The notes under the pieces: model-generated
What the model was told of the DNA's origin: nothing
Seen by the model: only the letters and a program-made list of their open reading frames with translations
Databases searched by the model: none
Program-made: the position numbers and the translations under genes
DNA from: a virus
Virus record (IMG/VR): IMGVR_UViG_3300042484_001840
Span: 1 to 64,000 of that record
DNA length: 64,000 bases
Direction: 5' to 3' (one strand)
Part shown: in pieces, positions 29,409-39,281 of the stretch
How the letters are laid out: each line of letters begins with the position of its first letter
How positions within the stretch are numbered: the stretch's first letter is position 1

Positions 29409-30161
29409 CTATTTAGTCCAAGACGGACAGATTTTCTTAAAATTACACCAATTACAAAGAGGACCTGTTTTTGTTGGAAAATTTTCATCTTCGCAGTACT
29501 GGTCAATTAAGGACTTAGTTTTAACAATTTTATCAACTGTTGTTTTTACTATATCCTGAGTTACTGGCGTTGTCAGGACTTTTGGTCCAGTGAGATAGAT
29601 AAGAGAAACTGTCTCAGTCTCGCCAACGCCCAACTCCTGCAACATTGCCGCATATATGAAAAGTTGCAAGAACTTGTCATCCATATATCGTTTATCGGGG
29701 ATTTTCCCTGTTTTGTAATCCTCAATAATAAGTGACCCGTTGTCAGACTTCTTAAATCTGTCAATAAATCCTTTAACAGTTACACCCTCAATTGAACCAT
29801 AAACTTCGCGTTCAACATCTACAAGATTTGTTTCCTGTGGATCTTCAAGTTTCCACAGATTCTCTACGCACCACCATGCTTTCCAGCGGAACTCACGAGC
29901 ATCTAGTCTTAGTTTGCTAGTTTCATCCTTGTAATACTCTTCCCATTTTAATCGCGCTAATCCTTTTGCCATGTCAATTGTTCGTTCATCTGATGGCAAA
30001 AGGTATAACGCTTCAAGAATATCGTGGACAAAGTTTCCAAGAAGAGTGTGAACCGTGGGGGGTTCCATCATTCCGTCAATTTTATTGAATTTAAACTTCA
30101 ATGGGCATTGATGAAATGTATTAATTGATGATGGTGATAGATGCGGTGGCGCTACAAGCAT
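29409..30161 (-). CDS. Cas4/RecB-like PD-(D/E)XK exonuclease
   Basis: LSPSS..CP, GFIDR, IEDYKTG, QL..Y and CNWCNFKKIC; the four Cys are candidate Fe-S ligands. Confidence 0.88.
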   Translation of the reverse strand: MLVAPPHLSPSSINTFHQCPLKFKFNKIDGMMEPPTVHTLLGNFVHDILEALYLLPSDERTIDMAKGLARLKWEEYYKDETSKLRLDAREFRWKAWWCVENLWKLEDPQETNLVDVEREVYGSIEGVTVKGFIDRFKKSDNGSLIIEDYKTGKIPDKRYMDDKFLQLFIYAAMLQELGVGETETVSLIYLTGPKVLTTPVTQDIVKTTVDKIVKTKSLIDQYCEDENFPTKTGPLCNWCNFKKICPSWTK

Positions 30162-30832
30162 TATTCTGCGCTGTCAGCAAAATCTGGAGAAATAGTTCCC
30201 CCAAGATGAATGCGGAGAGCCTCCACCGTAAGAACTTCTAGTTCTTTAATGGTGAATTCGCTTGGCTTTGGAATTGCTCGTCCATCGCTCCATGTTGACC
30301 AGTAAGCGCGTAAGTCTTTAACTTGGTCCTCGGTGAGTAAGTCCCTGATTTCCTTGAAACGATTGTACTTATCAACAACTGGGTCAATTTGTACTTCTGC
30401 GTGAATTACTTCATCCATTTCAATTGCATCAGCATCACGAGCAAGGTATAGACCTACTCCAAGATGTTGGCATGCCTTTTTAAGTGCGTCAGAAACGGCA
30501 CCCTTAAATTCATCACCTAGGTCAAGAATATCGCCACTCTTAGTGCGCTTGATCTTGGTTCCACCAAATCCAGCATGGGAAGTATGGAACATAGATGTGG
30601 CACCTTCGTCATAAACATCAACACGAACATGTGCAATTACCCATTCAGGGTCATTCTTGTCTCGTTCGCAAGATACAACAGTATGCGACCATCCACATGG
30701 TCCAAATATCCTGTTCATTCGTGTAATAACTTCCGAAATAGGAATATAGGTAAGGCTTGCCCCACCTTTTTTGACTTGGCGTTCCATTTCTACTGGAAAT
30801 GGATCAGATAGTTTTTCGTATAGATTTTCCAT
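30161..30832 (-). CDS. Rad52/Rad22-family single-strand annealing protein (Sak-like)
   Basis: LTYI...VITRMNRIFG..GW and KGAVSDALKKACQHLGVGLYL motifs. Confidence 0.88.
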   Translation of the reverse strand: MENLYEKLSDPFPVEMERQVKKGGASLTYIPISEVITRMNRIFGPCGWSHTVVSCERDKNDPEWVIAHVRVDVYDEGATSMFHTSHAGFGGTKIKRTKSGDILDLGDEFKGAVSDALKKACQHLGVGLYLARDADAIEMDEVIHAEVQIDPVVDKYNRFKEIRDLLTEDQVKDLRAYWSTWSDGRAIPKPSEFTIKELEVLTVEALRIHLGGTISPDFADSAE

Positions 30833-30834
30833 GA

Positions 30835-31362
30835 TTATTTACCCTTCCTTAGTGAGATACTTGGTTCTGCTTCGCCTGACTGACAGTAGTCGTCGGCATT
30901 TACTCCAATATTTGACAATGCCGTAACTCGCCAATATGACGGCTGAACATAGTCAAGTAATGCAGTAATCATTTCTTTCGTTGAAAGTACACGCTCGCCA
31001 GTATCCATGTCAATAGCAAGCGACTCAATTTTTTCCGAAACTACATCTGCTAAATCTTTATGCTTCCATGCTTTTCGGTTTTTGTCCCATTTTTTTTCAA
31101 TGGTGTCACCTGATGAAAGGACTACCATTTCTGTTTCGGTCATTTCTTTGAGCACATGATGAGTTAAAGAATTGTAAATAATTGATAATTGAGTTTTGAA
31201 GTTTGAAATCTCAACGATCATTTCACACCAATTTTCTAGTGTGATTTGGCTATCTACTGGGTCTTTTTCTTTCAATGACTCAATGGAATCATCAAGAAGA
31301 AGAATTGCAGATTGAAAATCTGCAAAATGCAAAGCATTATTGCCCTCGTTAGTATCTTTCAT
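30835..31362 (-). CDS. hypothetical protein (recombination module)
   Basis: 175 aa with an AGGAG RBS. Confidence 0.6.
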   Translation of the reverse strand: MKDTNEGNNALHFADFQSAILLLDDSIESLKEKDPVDSQITLENWCEMIVEISNFKTQLSIIYNSLTHHVLKEMTETEMVVLSSGDTIEKKWDKNRKAWKHKDLADVVSEKIESLAIDMDTGERVLSTKEMITALLDYVQPSYWRVTALSNIGVNADDYCQSGEAEPSISLRKGK

Positions 31363-31387
31363 TTTTCTCCTAGTAAGTAGTTATGTG

Positions 31388-32692
31388 TTAGAGGATTATA
31401 GTTGCTCTACTCCTCTGAGGCAACCCCAAACCTGTTAAATGCGTAAATGCTCCTACGGCAGAGTCAACTTGGTCATCGTGGTTGCAAGCCTCGGGAAAAG
31501 ATGCAAATTCGTCTAACCAATCCGTAAGCCAAGCACCCCTAACTAGGCGAACATTCCCATTGGCTACAGCCGCCGCAAATGGACGGGCGCGGGTAACTTT
31601 ATCGCCAGTCGCCCTTATTCCCATAAAGTCATAGCCTGGTAGTACATATCGTGCATATTGGTCAATCAGTGCTTTTCCTGACGAACCAGGTTCTTGCTCC
31701 ATCCTGATCGTTACCGCATTTCCGTCTTCATAGGCTGTTTGTGCAATTAATTGTTCTACTTTTTCGCCCTTAACTCTGGCTTTCTTTACATCTAATATGT
31801 AACTTATACCCGAATCAAATAAAATTAATGTACCAACGGTCCAGTCGGGGTCTGGGTTGGTATGTGATGGTTCCGTAGCGGCGCAGTCCCAGAACCTAAC
31901 AGCGCGAGCATTAGAGGCAATCTGAGGCACTTCATGAGGGTCAATGATGACAAAGTTCTCTCGGTCAAACAATGTTCCGAGGGAGGTTGTAAACCAGTCG
32001 CCCTCTTCTAGTCTGCGACGCTCAATGGGGTCTAGGGCCTGCAATGCCTGCCGATATGACTCAGCGTCAATACCGGGGTTGTCGTGGAGTTTGGAAGGGA
32101 CGAAGATCCGTCCAGTTTGCATTCCCTCAACGATAAATCTTTGGCGAACCCAATTGGGGGCAGGGTTGGATGCGGATCTCATTCGCAGAGGAACCTGCGC
32201 TAGGGCACCTTTTGCTGGACGGCGGAGACGAGAGAACATATACCGATAGTCGGATTCTCGGATTTCGGTAACTTCATCCATGCCAATAAATTGGAATTCA
32301 GCACCCTTATAGCGAAGGTAGTCCTGCTGGTTATTTAGGTATCCAAATGAGATACGAGCGCCAGAAGGGAAAACAGCAGTATAGTTATTAGCGTTCCACC
32401 TAACATTGTCATAGTTTGCCACCCAAGACTGGAATCTATCCATGATTGCACCAGGGAGGGCAAGGTCGGCGTATGTTCTTCGGAAAAGAATGGCTGAATA
32501 ATTTGGGATATCAACATACTGTAGGGCAGACATTAATAGAGCCGAACTTTTACCTCCGCCAGCCGCTCCTCCAAAAAGTGCTTCTAGAGCGTAAGTCCGA
32601 AGAAAAACCTTCTGAGTCAAGGAAGGCTCCTCAGGGCAAAACTCAGACATTTTTGGTTCTAAATATTTTAGAATTGATTCCCAGTCAGTCAT
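31388..32692 (-). CDS. terL: terminase large subunit
   Basis: GGAAGGGKS Walker A, IGMDE Walker B, SASNP, and nuclease motifs RFWDCA and HDDQVDS. Start reassigned to MTDWE at 32692. Confidence 0.95.
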   Translation of the reverse strand: MTDWESILKYLEPKMSEFCPEEPSLTQKVFLRTYALEALFGGAAGGGKSSALLMSALQYVDIPNYSAILFRRTYADLALPGAIMDRFQSWVANYDNVRWNANNYTAVFPSGARISFGYLNNQQDYLRYKGAEFQFIGMDEVTEIRESDYRYMFSRLRRPAKGALAQVPLRMRSASNPAPNWVRQRFIVEGMQTGRIFVPSKLHDNPGIDAESYRQALQALDPIERRRLEEGDWFTTSLGTLFDRENFVIIDPHEVPQIASNARAVRFWDCAATEPSHTNPDPDWTVGTLILFDSGISYILDVKKARVKGEKVEQLIAQTAYEDGNAVTIRMEQEPGSSGKALIDQYARYVLPGYDFMGIRATGDKVTRARPFAAAVANGNVRLVRGAWLTDWLDEFASFPEACNHDDQVDSAVGAFTHLTGLGLPQRSRATIIL

Positions 32693-32750
32693 ACCGTTCC
32701 CTCGTAGATCATAAGATACATTAGTGTTGACCAAAGCCTCAGAGGTACAT

Positions 32751-32930
32751 GTGAAAAATTTTCTGTCAAAATTTAAAGGCAAACCATGGCGCACAATGGC
32801 TGCGGACACTTTAATGATAACATTTATAGTGCTTACAAGTATTGGAGCATACATGATAGCACCGCCAGTTGGACTAATTACTGGTGGGGTATGTTGTGGC
32901 TTATACGGCTTTCTTTTGGGGTCTGAATAA
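32751..32930 (+). CDS. small two-TM membrane protein upstream of portal
   Basis: GTG after GAGG; two hydrophobic helices. Confidence 0.65.
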   Translation: MKNFLSKFKGKPWRTMAADTLMITFIVLTSIGAYMIAPPVGLITGGVCCGLYGFLLGSE

Positions 32931-32932
32931 AT

Positions 32933-35203
32933 ATGGCTTGGAATTCACGAAACACCAAGGGACTAAATTCATCTGAATCAAAGGCTGCCTCGCTCGGCCC
33001 TGGCGCTCCTGTTGCACAAAACCCCTCAATGGCTGGTAGGGGTTATAAGGATTCTTGGGATATTGAGCGTGCGTACCGAGAGGGTATGCAGAAAGTAACT
33101 TGGGTTTCGCGTTGTATTGATGCAATCTCAGGTAACCAAGCACGGCTTCCAGTCATTCTGCGAAAAGACAATAGTCCTAGTGGTGAAATTTTTACAAAAA
33201 AACATGAAATTTTAACCCTTCTTAATACAAAAGCAAATATTGGCGAAAACTCATTTATTTTTAGGTATCGTTTATCTAGCCAACTTTTAATGTCAAGCCG
33301 TGGCGTTTTCATTGAAAAGATCCGCGGTCGCGATGGACGGTTAATCGCACTCAACTTACTCCCACCGCAACACACTTCCCCGATCCCAGACGCTAAGAAG
33401 TTTGTCTCTGGGTATGAAGTAATGATGCCAAATGGTGGAAAGATCATTATTCCTCCAGACGATGTGACATGGATTCGTCGCCCGCATCCTCTTGACCCTT
33501 ATTTGTCAATGACACCAATGGAATCCGCTGGTATCGCCATTGAAGTAGAAAACTTAGCAAAGTTATACAACCGAAACTTCCTGCTTAATGACGGTAGACC
33601 AGGTGGTCTTTTGGTTCTTCGTTCGGAAATTGACGATGACGACAAAGATGAATTGCGAAGTCGTTTTCGTGGAAATATTAACAAGACTGGTTCAATTACG
33701 GTCATCTCATCTGATGATGGCGCTGACTATATTGACACCTCGTCTAGCCCGCGTGATGCCAGTTACATTGAAATGCGCCAGATAACCAAGGAAGAAATTC
33801 TTGCCGCATTTGGTGTTCCAGAATCTGTTATTGGAAACGCCGCTGGACGAACTTTTAATAATGCCGCTGAGGAACTTCGCGTTTTCTGGATGGAAACAAT
33901 GATGCCTCACCTTGAGCAAATTGCTCGGGCATTAGATGAATTAGACGAAGAATACTATATTGACTTTGAAACTGGGAATATCCCAATTCTAATTATTGCT
34001 AAGCAAGAGCGTGAGCGATATAGCAAAGATGAATTCCAAACTGGTCTTATTAGTATTAATGAATATCGGACCGCCACTGGACGAAAGACCGTAGAGTCAG
34101 ATATTGCCGACAGTCTCCTCCTGTCTCCGAACCTTGCCCCAGTTGCAAATACAGAGAAGCCTTTTGATGCCGCTCAGGTTCAACCTGTTGATATGGCTGG
34201 TGGTCAACCTGGTGCCCAACCTGGTGCCCCTGCTGGTCCTCCAGGCTTACCTATGCTCGGTTCTGAGCCACCGCCAGAAGGAGAGCCAGCCGTGGGCGAG
34301 GCGACTCCAGTGGGCGAACCAGGTCCAACTGACCAGATTGCACCAGGTGCATCGCCGGGGCAAGAAATTGAAGGAATTGCACCTGTTGCCAACGCGGCAC
34401 CGGGTCAACTTTCCGCTCGTCATGGAAGATTTGAAGTCAAAACAGAGAATCAAGCACTTGATGCTTGGGATGTCAAGGCTGAGCAAACCACAGAACGATG
34501 GTCAGAAATTCTTGATCGTAACTTAGAGCGTTATTTTGAAAGACAACAAAGGGTTGTTCTAGAGAAGGCTCTTGGTGCAAAGGCGCGCAAGTTGATGAGT
34601 TCTCGTGAATTGAAGACAGAGGATGTTTTTGATACCCCTGTCTGGAATAGGCAAATTGCCGACGACCTTGGTCCTGTCTATTTGGCAATTCTCCAAGATG
34701 CTTCTGAAATTTCACTAGGCGACTCTCAAAGTAGTAAAGAATTAGATGAGCAACTGGTCAAAGAGTACATTGCACAGCAAGTTGAGCGAACACAAAAGGT
34801 CAACGACACGACCAAAGAGGAAATTGCGGCGGCTTTATTAGTTGCCATGGCAATTGCCAACGAGGACGAATCTGACAGAATGAGCCTATTACGGGCAGCC
34901 TTAGCCGCTATTTTCGCTAATTTACTTGGCAAGCGTCGTCGCGTCATTGCTGAGCATGAGGCTTCTTCGGCTTTTAACGCTGGTACTTACTTTGCTGGTA
35001 AGCAGTTGGGTAAGTCTTCAAAAACTTGGATTACTCGCCGTGACCAGAAGGTTAGGTCTGAGCACACAATTCTTCATGGCAAGAGTATTCCCCTTGGAGA
35101 AGGTTTCATGGAGGATGGCGCTTTATTGAGGTTCCCTGGTGACCCTACCGCTCCGCTTCATTTGACTATCAACTGCCGATGCAGACTGAAATTCAATAAC
35201 TGA
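32933..35203 (+). CDS. HK97-family portal protein fused to a MuF-like head morphogenesis domain
   Basis: Portal motifs (NDGRPGG, EILAAFGVP, INEYR), a Pro/Gly linker, then KTWITRRD.KVR.EH...PGDP...INCRC. Confidence 0.92.
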   Translation: MAWNSRNTKGLNSSESKAASLGPGAPVAQNPSMAGRGYKDSWDIERAYREGMQKVTWVSRCIDAISGNQARLPVILRKDNSPSGEIFTKKHEILTLLNTKANIGENSFIFRYRLSSQLLMSSRGVFIEKIRGRDGRLIALNLLPPQHTSPIPDAKKFVSGYEVMMPNGGKIIIPPDDVTWIRRPHPLDPYLSMTPMESAGIAIEVENLAKLYNRNFLLNDGRPGGLLVLRSEIDDDDKDELRSRFRGNINKTGSITVISSDDGADYIDTSSSPRDASYIEMRQITKEEILAAFGVPESVIGNAAGRTFNNAAEELRVFWMETMMPHLEQIARALDELDEEYYIDFETGNIPILIIAKQERERYSKDEFQTGLISINEYRTATGRKTVESDIADSLLLSPNLAPVANTEKPFDAAQVQPVDMAGGQPGAQPGAPAGPPGLPMLGSEPPPEGEPAVGEATPVGEPGPTDQIAPGASPGQEIEGIAPVANAAPGQLSARHGRFEVKTENQALDAWDVKAEQTTERWSEILDRNLERYFERQQRVVLEKALGAKARKLMSSRELKTEDVFDTPVWNRQIADDLGPVYLAILQDASEISLGDSQSSKELDEQLVKEYIAQQVERTQKVNDTTKEEIAAALLVAMAIANEDESDRMSLLRAALAAIFANLLGKRRRVIAEHEASSAFNAGTYFAGKQLGKSSKTWITRRDQKVRSEHTILHGKSIPLGEGFMEDGALLRFPGDPTAPLHLTINCRCRLKFNN

Positions 35204-35235
35204 CTTTACTGAAAGTCGTACTTTACTGAAAGTAC
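35202..35235 (+). repeat. tandem palindromic repeat (ACTTTACTGAAAGT x2)
   Basis: gacttt-actg-aaagtc followed directly by gtacttt-actg-aaagtac. Confidence 0.8.
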
Positions 35236-35239
35236 CTTC

Positions 35240-35269
35240 CACTAGCAGTACCCCTATTGCGTTTATGAT
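35240..35269 (+). promoter_or_regulatory. CACTAG-N18-TATGAT candidate promoter for the protease operon
   Basis: Intergenic, followed by a GAGGTG RBS. Confidence 0.55.
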
Positions 35270-35296
35270 TAGTGTGTTAGTTACATGAGGTGAAAA

Positions 35297-36982
35297 ATGC
35301 CTGTACAAGAAGCAATAGAATTCAAAGCAATGCCTGGTCAAATTGGTATTGACGAGGCTAAAGGCATCGTTGAATGCTTCGTTGCTGGTGTTGGCAACAA
35401 GGACAGCGTTGGCGATATTGTTCTTTCTGGTGCCTTTACTGAAAGTCTGAAGCGACGCAAGCCACGAGTCGTTTGGGGTCACGACTGGAATCACCCAATT
35501 GGCAAAGTTCTAGAAATTTACGAAGTACCTGCTAATGACCCTCGTTTGCCCGCAAAAATGAAGCGCGCTGGAATTGGTGGTCTTTATGCTCGCGTTCAGT
35601 TTAATTTAAAGGCAGATAAAGGTCGCGAGGCGTTTGCCAATGTCGCGTTCTATGGCGAGGACCAAGAATGGTCAATCGGCTACAAAACTTTAGATGCTAT
35701 TTACGATAATGGTCGCCAAGCAAATCTACTTCGTGAAGTAGAACTATATGAAGTAAGCCCTGTATTGCACGGAGCAAACCAACTGACGGGCACTATTTCT
35801 ATTAAAGCAGCAAAAAAAGACGAGCCAGTAAACTCTTTTGGAAAATCAAAATGGGTGATGTTTGATCGTGAATTTGCAAGTCGCCTGAAAAAGGATTATC
35901 CACAAATTTGGGCGCTTGGTGGAAACATCAAGGGCAATGATCAGTATCGCATATTGACACAGATTGCCGAAGCGGGTGGAGTTGCCAAAAATCAGGCACA
36001 GACAAATGCATTAGAATTGCGTGAAGCATGGGTGGCGCGTCATGCAGGAGATTTCCGACTACCTGGCGTAATTGCTCAAATCAAGTGGTTAGCAGTGGGT
36101 AGTCGCGGTGAAGACCACATGAAAAATGTAGTCCGTGAAGCGATGCAAAAGCAAGATGCCAAAATGAAGGAAAAGACATTCCCAGCAGGGGAAATGGACG
36201 AAGAAGAAATGCCAAAAGGCATGGTAGGTCGTCAAATGGGGATGGCTCGCGCTTTGGCGATGGAACTTGGGAATAGGTTTGGTGGTCCTGCTAAAATTCG
36301 CCATGCTGATTCAAATATGGTTGTTTTTGACCACATCATGAATGGCGTTCCAAGCACCATGCGTGTTGCTTTCCATTTTGACGGTGAACGGTTTATGTTC
36401 GGTAAACCAGACCGCGTAAAGCCTACTGTCGTGTATATGCCAGAAAACGAAGATGAGGAATACTCCAAGCCTTCAAAGCCAATGATGAAACCAACTAATG
36501 CTGGCAATGTTTACGACGATCAGTACGAAGATGAGGATAAGCCCGTCTGGATGAAGCCCAAGGCTTGCGGTTGTGGCGGGAAAACTAATGCGTCTTCAGA
36601 AATTGATGATGCATTTGACAGTTTCAAATCTCTTTTTTCTGAAGAGGTCAAGGCTGGTCGCGCTATCAGTTCTGGCAATCTTGAAAAATTGATGCAGGCT
36701 ATTGAATTGATTCGTGGTGTTGTAGCAGGTGGCGGGCGAGCCGAAATTGAAATGAAAGATCCAAGCGCCAACATCTCAACTAACATTGAAGACTTGTTTG
36801 GAGTTAAGCAATTACTTGACCCAGTTTTTGAATACCATAATTTAAAAACACTCGCAACCGAGACTGGTATTGAAATAAAGGGTATAGTTTCAAGTAGTGC
36901 AATGAGCGCCATCAACACGGCGCTTAGTGTTTCTGATTATGATGCTGAATTAGTAGTGGAAAATAATTACACCGATAACTGA
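35297..36982 (+). CDS. HK97-family prohead protease with C-terminal extra domains
   Basis: DSVGDIVLSGAF, WGHDW..PIG, WSIGY and LYEVSPVLHGAN; later KAGRAIS..N. Confidence 0.92.
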   Translation: MPVQEAIEFKAMPGQIGIDEAKGIVECFVAGVGNKDSVGDIVLSGAFTESLKRRKPRVVWGHDWNHPIGKVLEIYEVPANDPRLPAKMKRAGIGGLYARVQFNLKADKGREAFANVAFYGEDQEWSIGYKTLDAIYDNGRQANLLREVELYEVSPVLHGANQLTGTISIKAAKKDEPVNSFGKSKWVMFDREFASRLKKDYPQIWALGGNIKGNDQYRILTQIAEAGGVAKNQAQTNALELREAWVARHAGDFRLPGVIAQIKWLAVGSRGEDHMKNVVREAMQKQDAKMKEKTFPAGEMDEEEMPKGMVGRQMGMARALAMELGNRFGGPAKIRHADSNMVVFDHIMNGVPSTMRVAFHFDGERFMFGKPDRVKPTVVYMPENEDEEYSKPSKPMMKPTNAGNVYDDQYEDEDKPVWMKPKACGCGGKTNASSEIDDAFDSFKSLFSEEVKAGRAISSGNLEKLMQAIELIRGVVAGGGRAEIEMKDPSANISTNIEDLFGVKQLLDPVFEYHNLKTLATETGIEIKGIVSSSAMSAINTALSVSDYDAELVVENNYTDN

Positions 36983-36996
36983 TTCAGGAAAGTAAT

Positions 36997-38622
36997 ATGG
37001 ACACAGAAAAATCTTTAGTAAAAATAACAACCAAGTATCACTGCATGGTTTCTGGAAAGAAACAAATGGAACCATGCGACGGATGCACCAACCCACAAGG
37101 CTGTCTTTCAAAAGCCATGCAATACAAGGAGAATGAAGAAATGGACGAACTCAACGAAAAGGCTATCGTCAAACTAGATGCAGACGGTGCTGTCGTAAAG
37201 TGCGCCAAGGGTCTTGAGGCTGCTGAATGTGGCTATAAGGCTGGAGCAAAAGTTTGTGGTGCTTGTGGTGCAATGGCATCAATGACCAAGGCTGACATGA
37301 TGCCAGATGCCGAAGAAGACGAAGAAGAAGAAATGTCGGATGACGACACTTCAATGATGCCCGATAAGAAGAAAAAGGGTGGCATGGGTGGCTACGCAAT
37401 GGGCGAAGATGACGAGGAAGAAATGATTCCCGCAAAGAAGAAGGGCGGGATGGGCGAGTATTCCGAAGATGACGAAGAAGAAGTCATGCCCGCAAAGAAG
37501 CGCGGTATGCCGATGGTGGATGCGGAAATGGCTGACGACGAAGAAATGATGCCTACTCCGAAAAAGAAGAAGCCAATGATGATGGTTGAAGACGAAGAGG
37601 AAATGCCTGAAGACGAAGAAATGGGCAAGACTTGGATGATGAAGCCAAGCAAGCGTTCGCGCATGATGGCAATGAAGTCACTTGAAGTTAAGTCTGAAAA
37701 TGACGATGTTTACATGTGTCAGTTGGAACGCAAGTCATACCCGTCAGCAAGTCAGATTTGCGAGAACTGCCCTGGTGGATGCCAGACAGAAGGCGGCATG
37801 CCTGGTTTGTTGGATGTTGAAGGCGTTGGTCTTGGCATTATCGGCGGAAAAGTACTTGACTCTGGTTACTCGTTTGACGACGACCTTTTTGTTGTTCAAC
37901 TTCAGGCAAAAGATGGCAATACATGGGAAATGATTGCCGATGGTCAAAGTGGTGAAATGTTGCGCATGGAGCGCATTAAGACACCAGACTTTGGCATTGA
38001 AGGCAAGTCGGCATTTGATGAAGAAACTGCTTCAGACTTTGGAATCGTTTCAGCATCAGAAGCAGTTGAGATTGCATTGAAGTCGCTTGAAGCAGAATTT
38101 GATGTAGTTGGCGATGTCGTTTCAACTGACTCGGATGTATTCCTCGGTCATGATGTCTACTCAATTGAAGTGGATGCAATGAATGGCAAGTCATACGATG
38201 TCTATGTTTCGCTTGATGGACAGTTTGTTGGTCTTGACGAGTGGACTGCCGATGAAGCAGAAGAAATTGAAGCAGAGGCTGCTGAAATTGCACTGAAGCG
38301 TGCATACGACGAAGAGTCACGCACAGACATGGCTAAGGGCGGTATGGCAATGCCTGACGGCTCATACCCAATCAAGGATGTTGCTGACCTTCGTAATGCA
38401 ATTCAGGCATACGGACGAGCCAAGGACAAGGAAGCAACCAAGGCACACATCATTAAGCGTGCAATGGCTTTGGGTTCGGAAGATTTGATTCCTGAGAATT
38501 GGGTTCCGAAAGATGTTGCTGACAAGTTCTCTAGCGAAAAATCTGAAGACAATCAATTTATGGCATCTTTGATGGAATTTGAACTTCTCGCACAAGAAGA
38601 GAATCTTAAAGACATTCTCTAA
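36997..38622 (+). CDS. acidic multidomain head protein (Cys motifs, Met/Glu/Lys repeats, two PepSY-like domains)
   Basis: CDGC, CGAC and CENC motifs; SASEAVEIAL..GDVV..VYSIEV...GKSYDVYVSLDG (PepSY-like); C-terminal AMPDGSYPI..DLRNAIQAYGR. Confidence 0.7.
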   Translation: MDTEKSLVKITTKYHCMVSGKKQMEPCDGCTNPQGCLSKAMQYKENEEMDELNEKAIVKLDADGAVVKCAKGLEAAECGYKAGAKVCGACGAMASMTKADMMPDAEEDEEEEMSDDDTSMMPDKKKKGGMGGYAMGEDDEEEMIPAKKKGGMGEYSEDDEEEVMPAKKRGMPMVDAEMADDEEMMPTPKKKKPMMMVEDEEEMPEDEEMGKTWMMKPSKRSRMMAMKSLEVKSENDDVYMCQLERKSYPSASQICENCPGGCQTEGGMPGLLDVEGVGLGIIGGKVLDSGYSFDDDLFVVQLQAKDGNTWEMIADGQSGEMLRMERIKTPDFGIEGKSAFDEETASDFGIVSASEAVEIALKSLEAEFDVVGDVVSTDSDVFLGHDVYSIEVDAMNGKSYDVYVSLDGQFVGLDEWTADEAEEIEAEAAEIALKRAYDEESRTDMAKGGMAMPDGSYPIKDVADLRNAIQAYGRAKDKEATKAHIIKRAMALGSEDLIPENWVPKDVADKFSSEKSEDNQFMASLMEFELLAQEENLKDIL

Positions 38623-38652
38623 TTACGAATTCCAATTAAAAAGGAGTCATTC

Positions 38653-39276
38653 GTGTCGTTTGATTTTTCAAAAGTTAACGGTGTCCAAGTAAAATTAGCA
38701 GTATCTCCTGATGCTATTCCTCAAGAACGCATCACTGGGGATATTCTTAAAGGACGCGGACCCCGACGAGGAAACCTAGAACGCTTACTTCGTTATTGGC
38801 GACCCATTATGCGCAAGCCTGGTGGATTTCGCCGTTGTAAAGTCATTTTGGCAGACCATCCCGAATTATTCCCATTGAATAACATTTGCGCTTGGCTTCA
38901 TCATGAGACTACTGGCTTATGGCCAAACGAGGGATGCCATCACCCTGGTATGAAAAATTGCCGTAAGAAAATTCAAGGTGTCGTTAGAGGTTCAGTTATT
39001 AGCGATAATGAATTTGCTCAGCGTCTTTCACGGCTTCGTGGCGATGGAAAGTCTCTTGACTCCATGGATGGTTACGATTCTGAAGTTGTAACTGAATCAG
39101 ACTTTAATCACGCAAAAACTGTCCTTGATGATTTTATTGAAATGGAAAATAAATTCATTATTTTTATTAATGATGATAATAATTGGCTTCACGAAGGTCA
39201 AGACGAAGATGGAAATTGGTCTCCGCATGATTGGATGAAGCCAGAAGGTCACGAAAAAGACTGCGGATGCGGGTGA
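38653..39276 (+). CDS. head-associated protein with a Cys/His-containing domain
   Basis: GNLERLLRYW..PGGFRRC...CAWLHHETTGLWP; AAGGAG RBS. Confidence 0.65.
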   Translation: MSFDFSKVNGVQVKLAVSPDAIPQERITGDILKGRGPRRGNLERLLRYWRPIMRKPGGFRRCKVILADHPELFPLNNICAWLHHETTGLWPNEGCHHPGMKNCRKKIQGVVRGSVISDNEFAQRLSRLRGDGKSLDSMDGYDSEVVTESDFNHAKTVLDDFIEMENKFIIFINDDNNWLHEGQDEDGNWSPHDWMKPEGHEKDCGCG

Positions 39277-39281
39277 TTTAA

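Noticed and set aside
29409-30161. CRISPR-Cas locus from the Cas4-like gene
   Set aside because: No repeat-spacer array or other cas genes. The context is a Sak recombination module.
32693-32854. N-terminal 54 aa of the terminase ORF
   Set aside because: It overlaps the opposite-strand membrane gene. ATG 32692 has a GAGGG RBS and is the better start.
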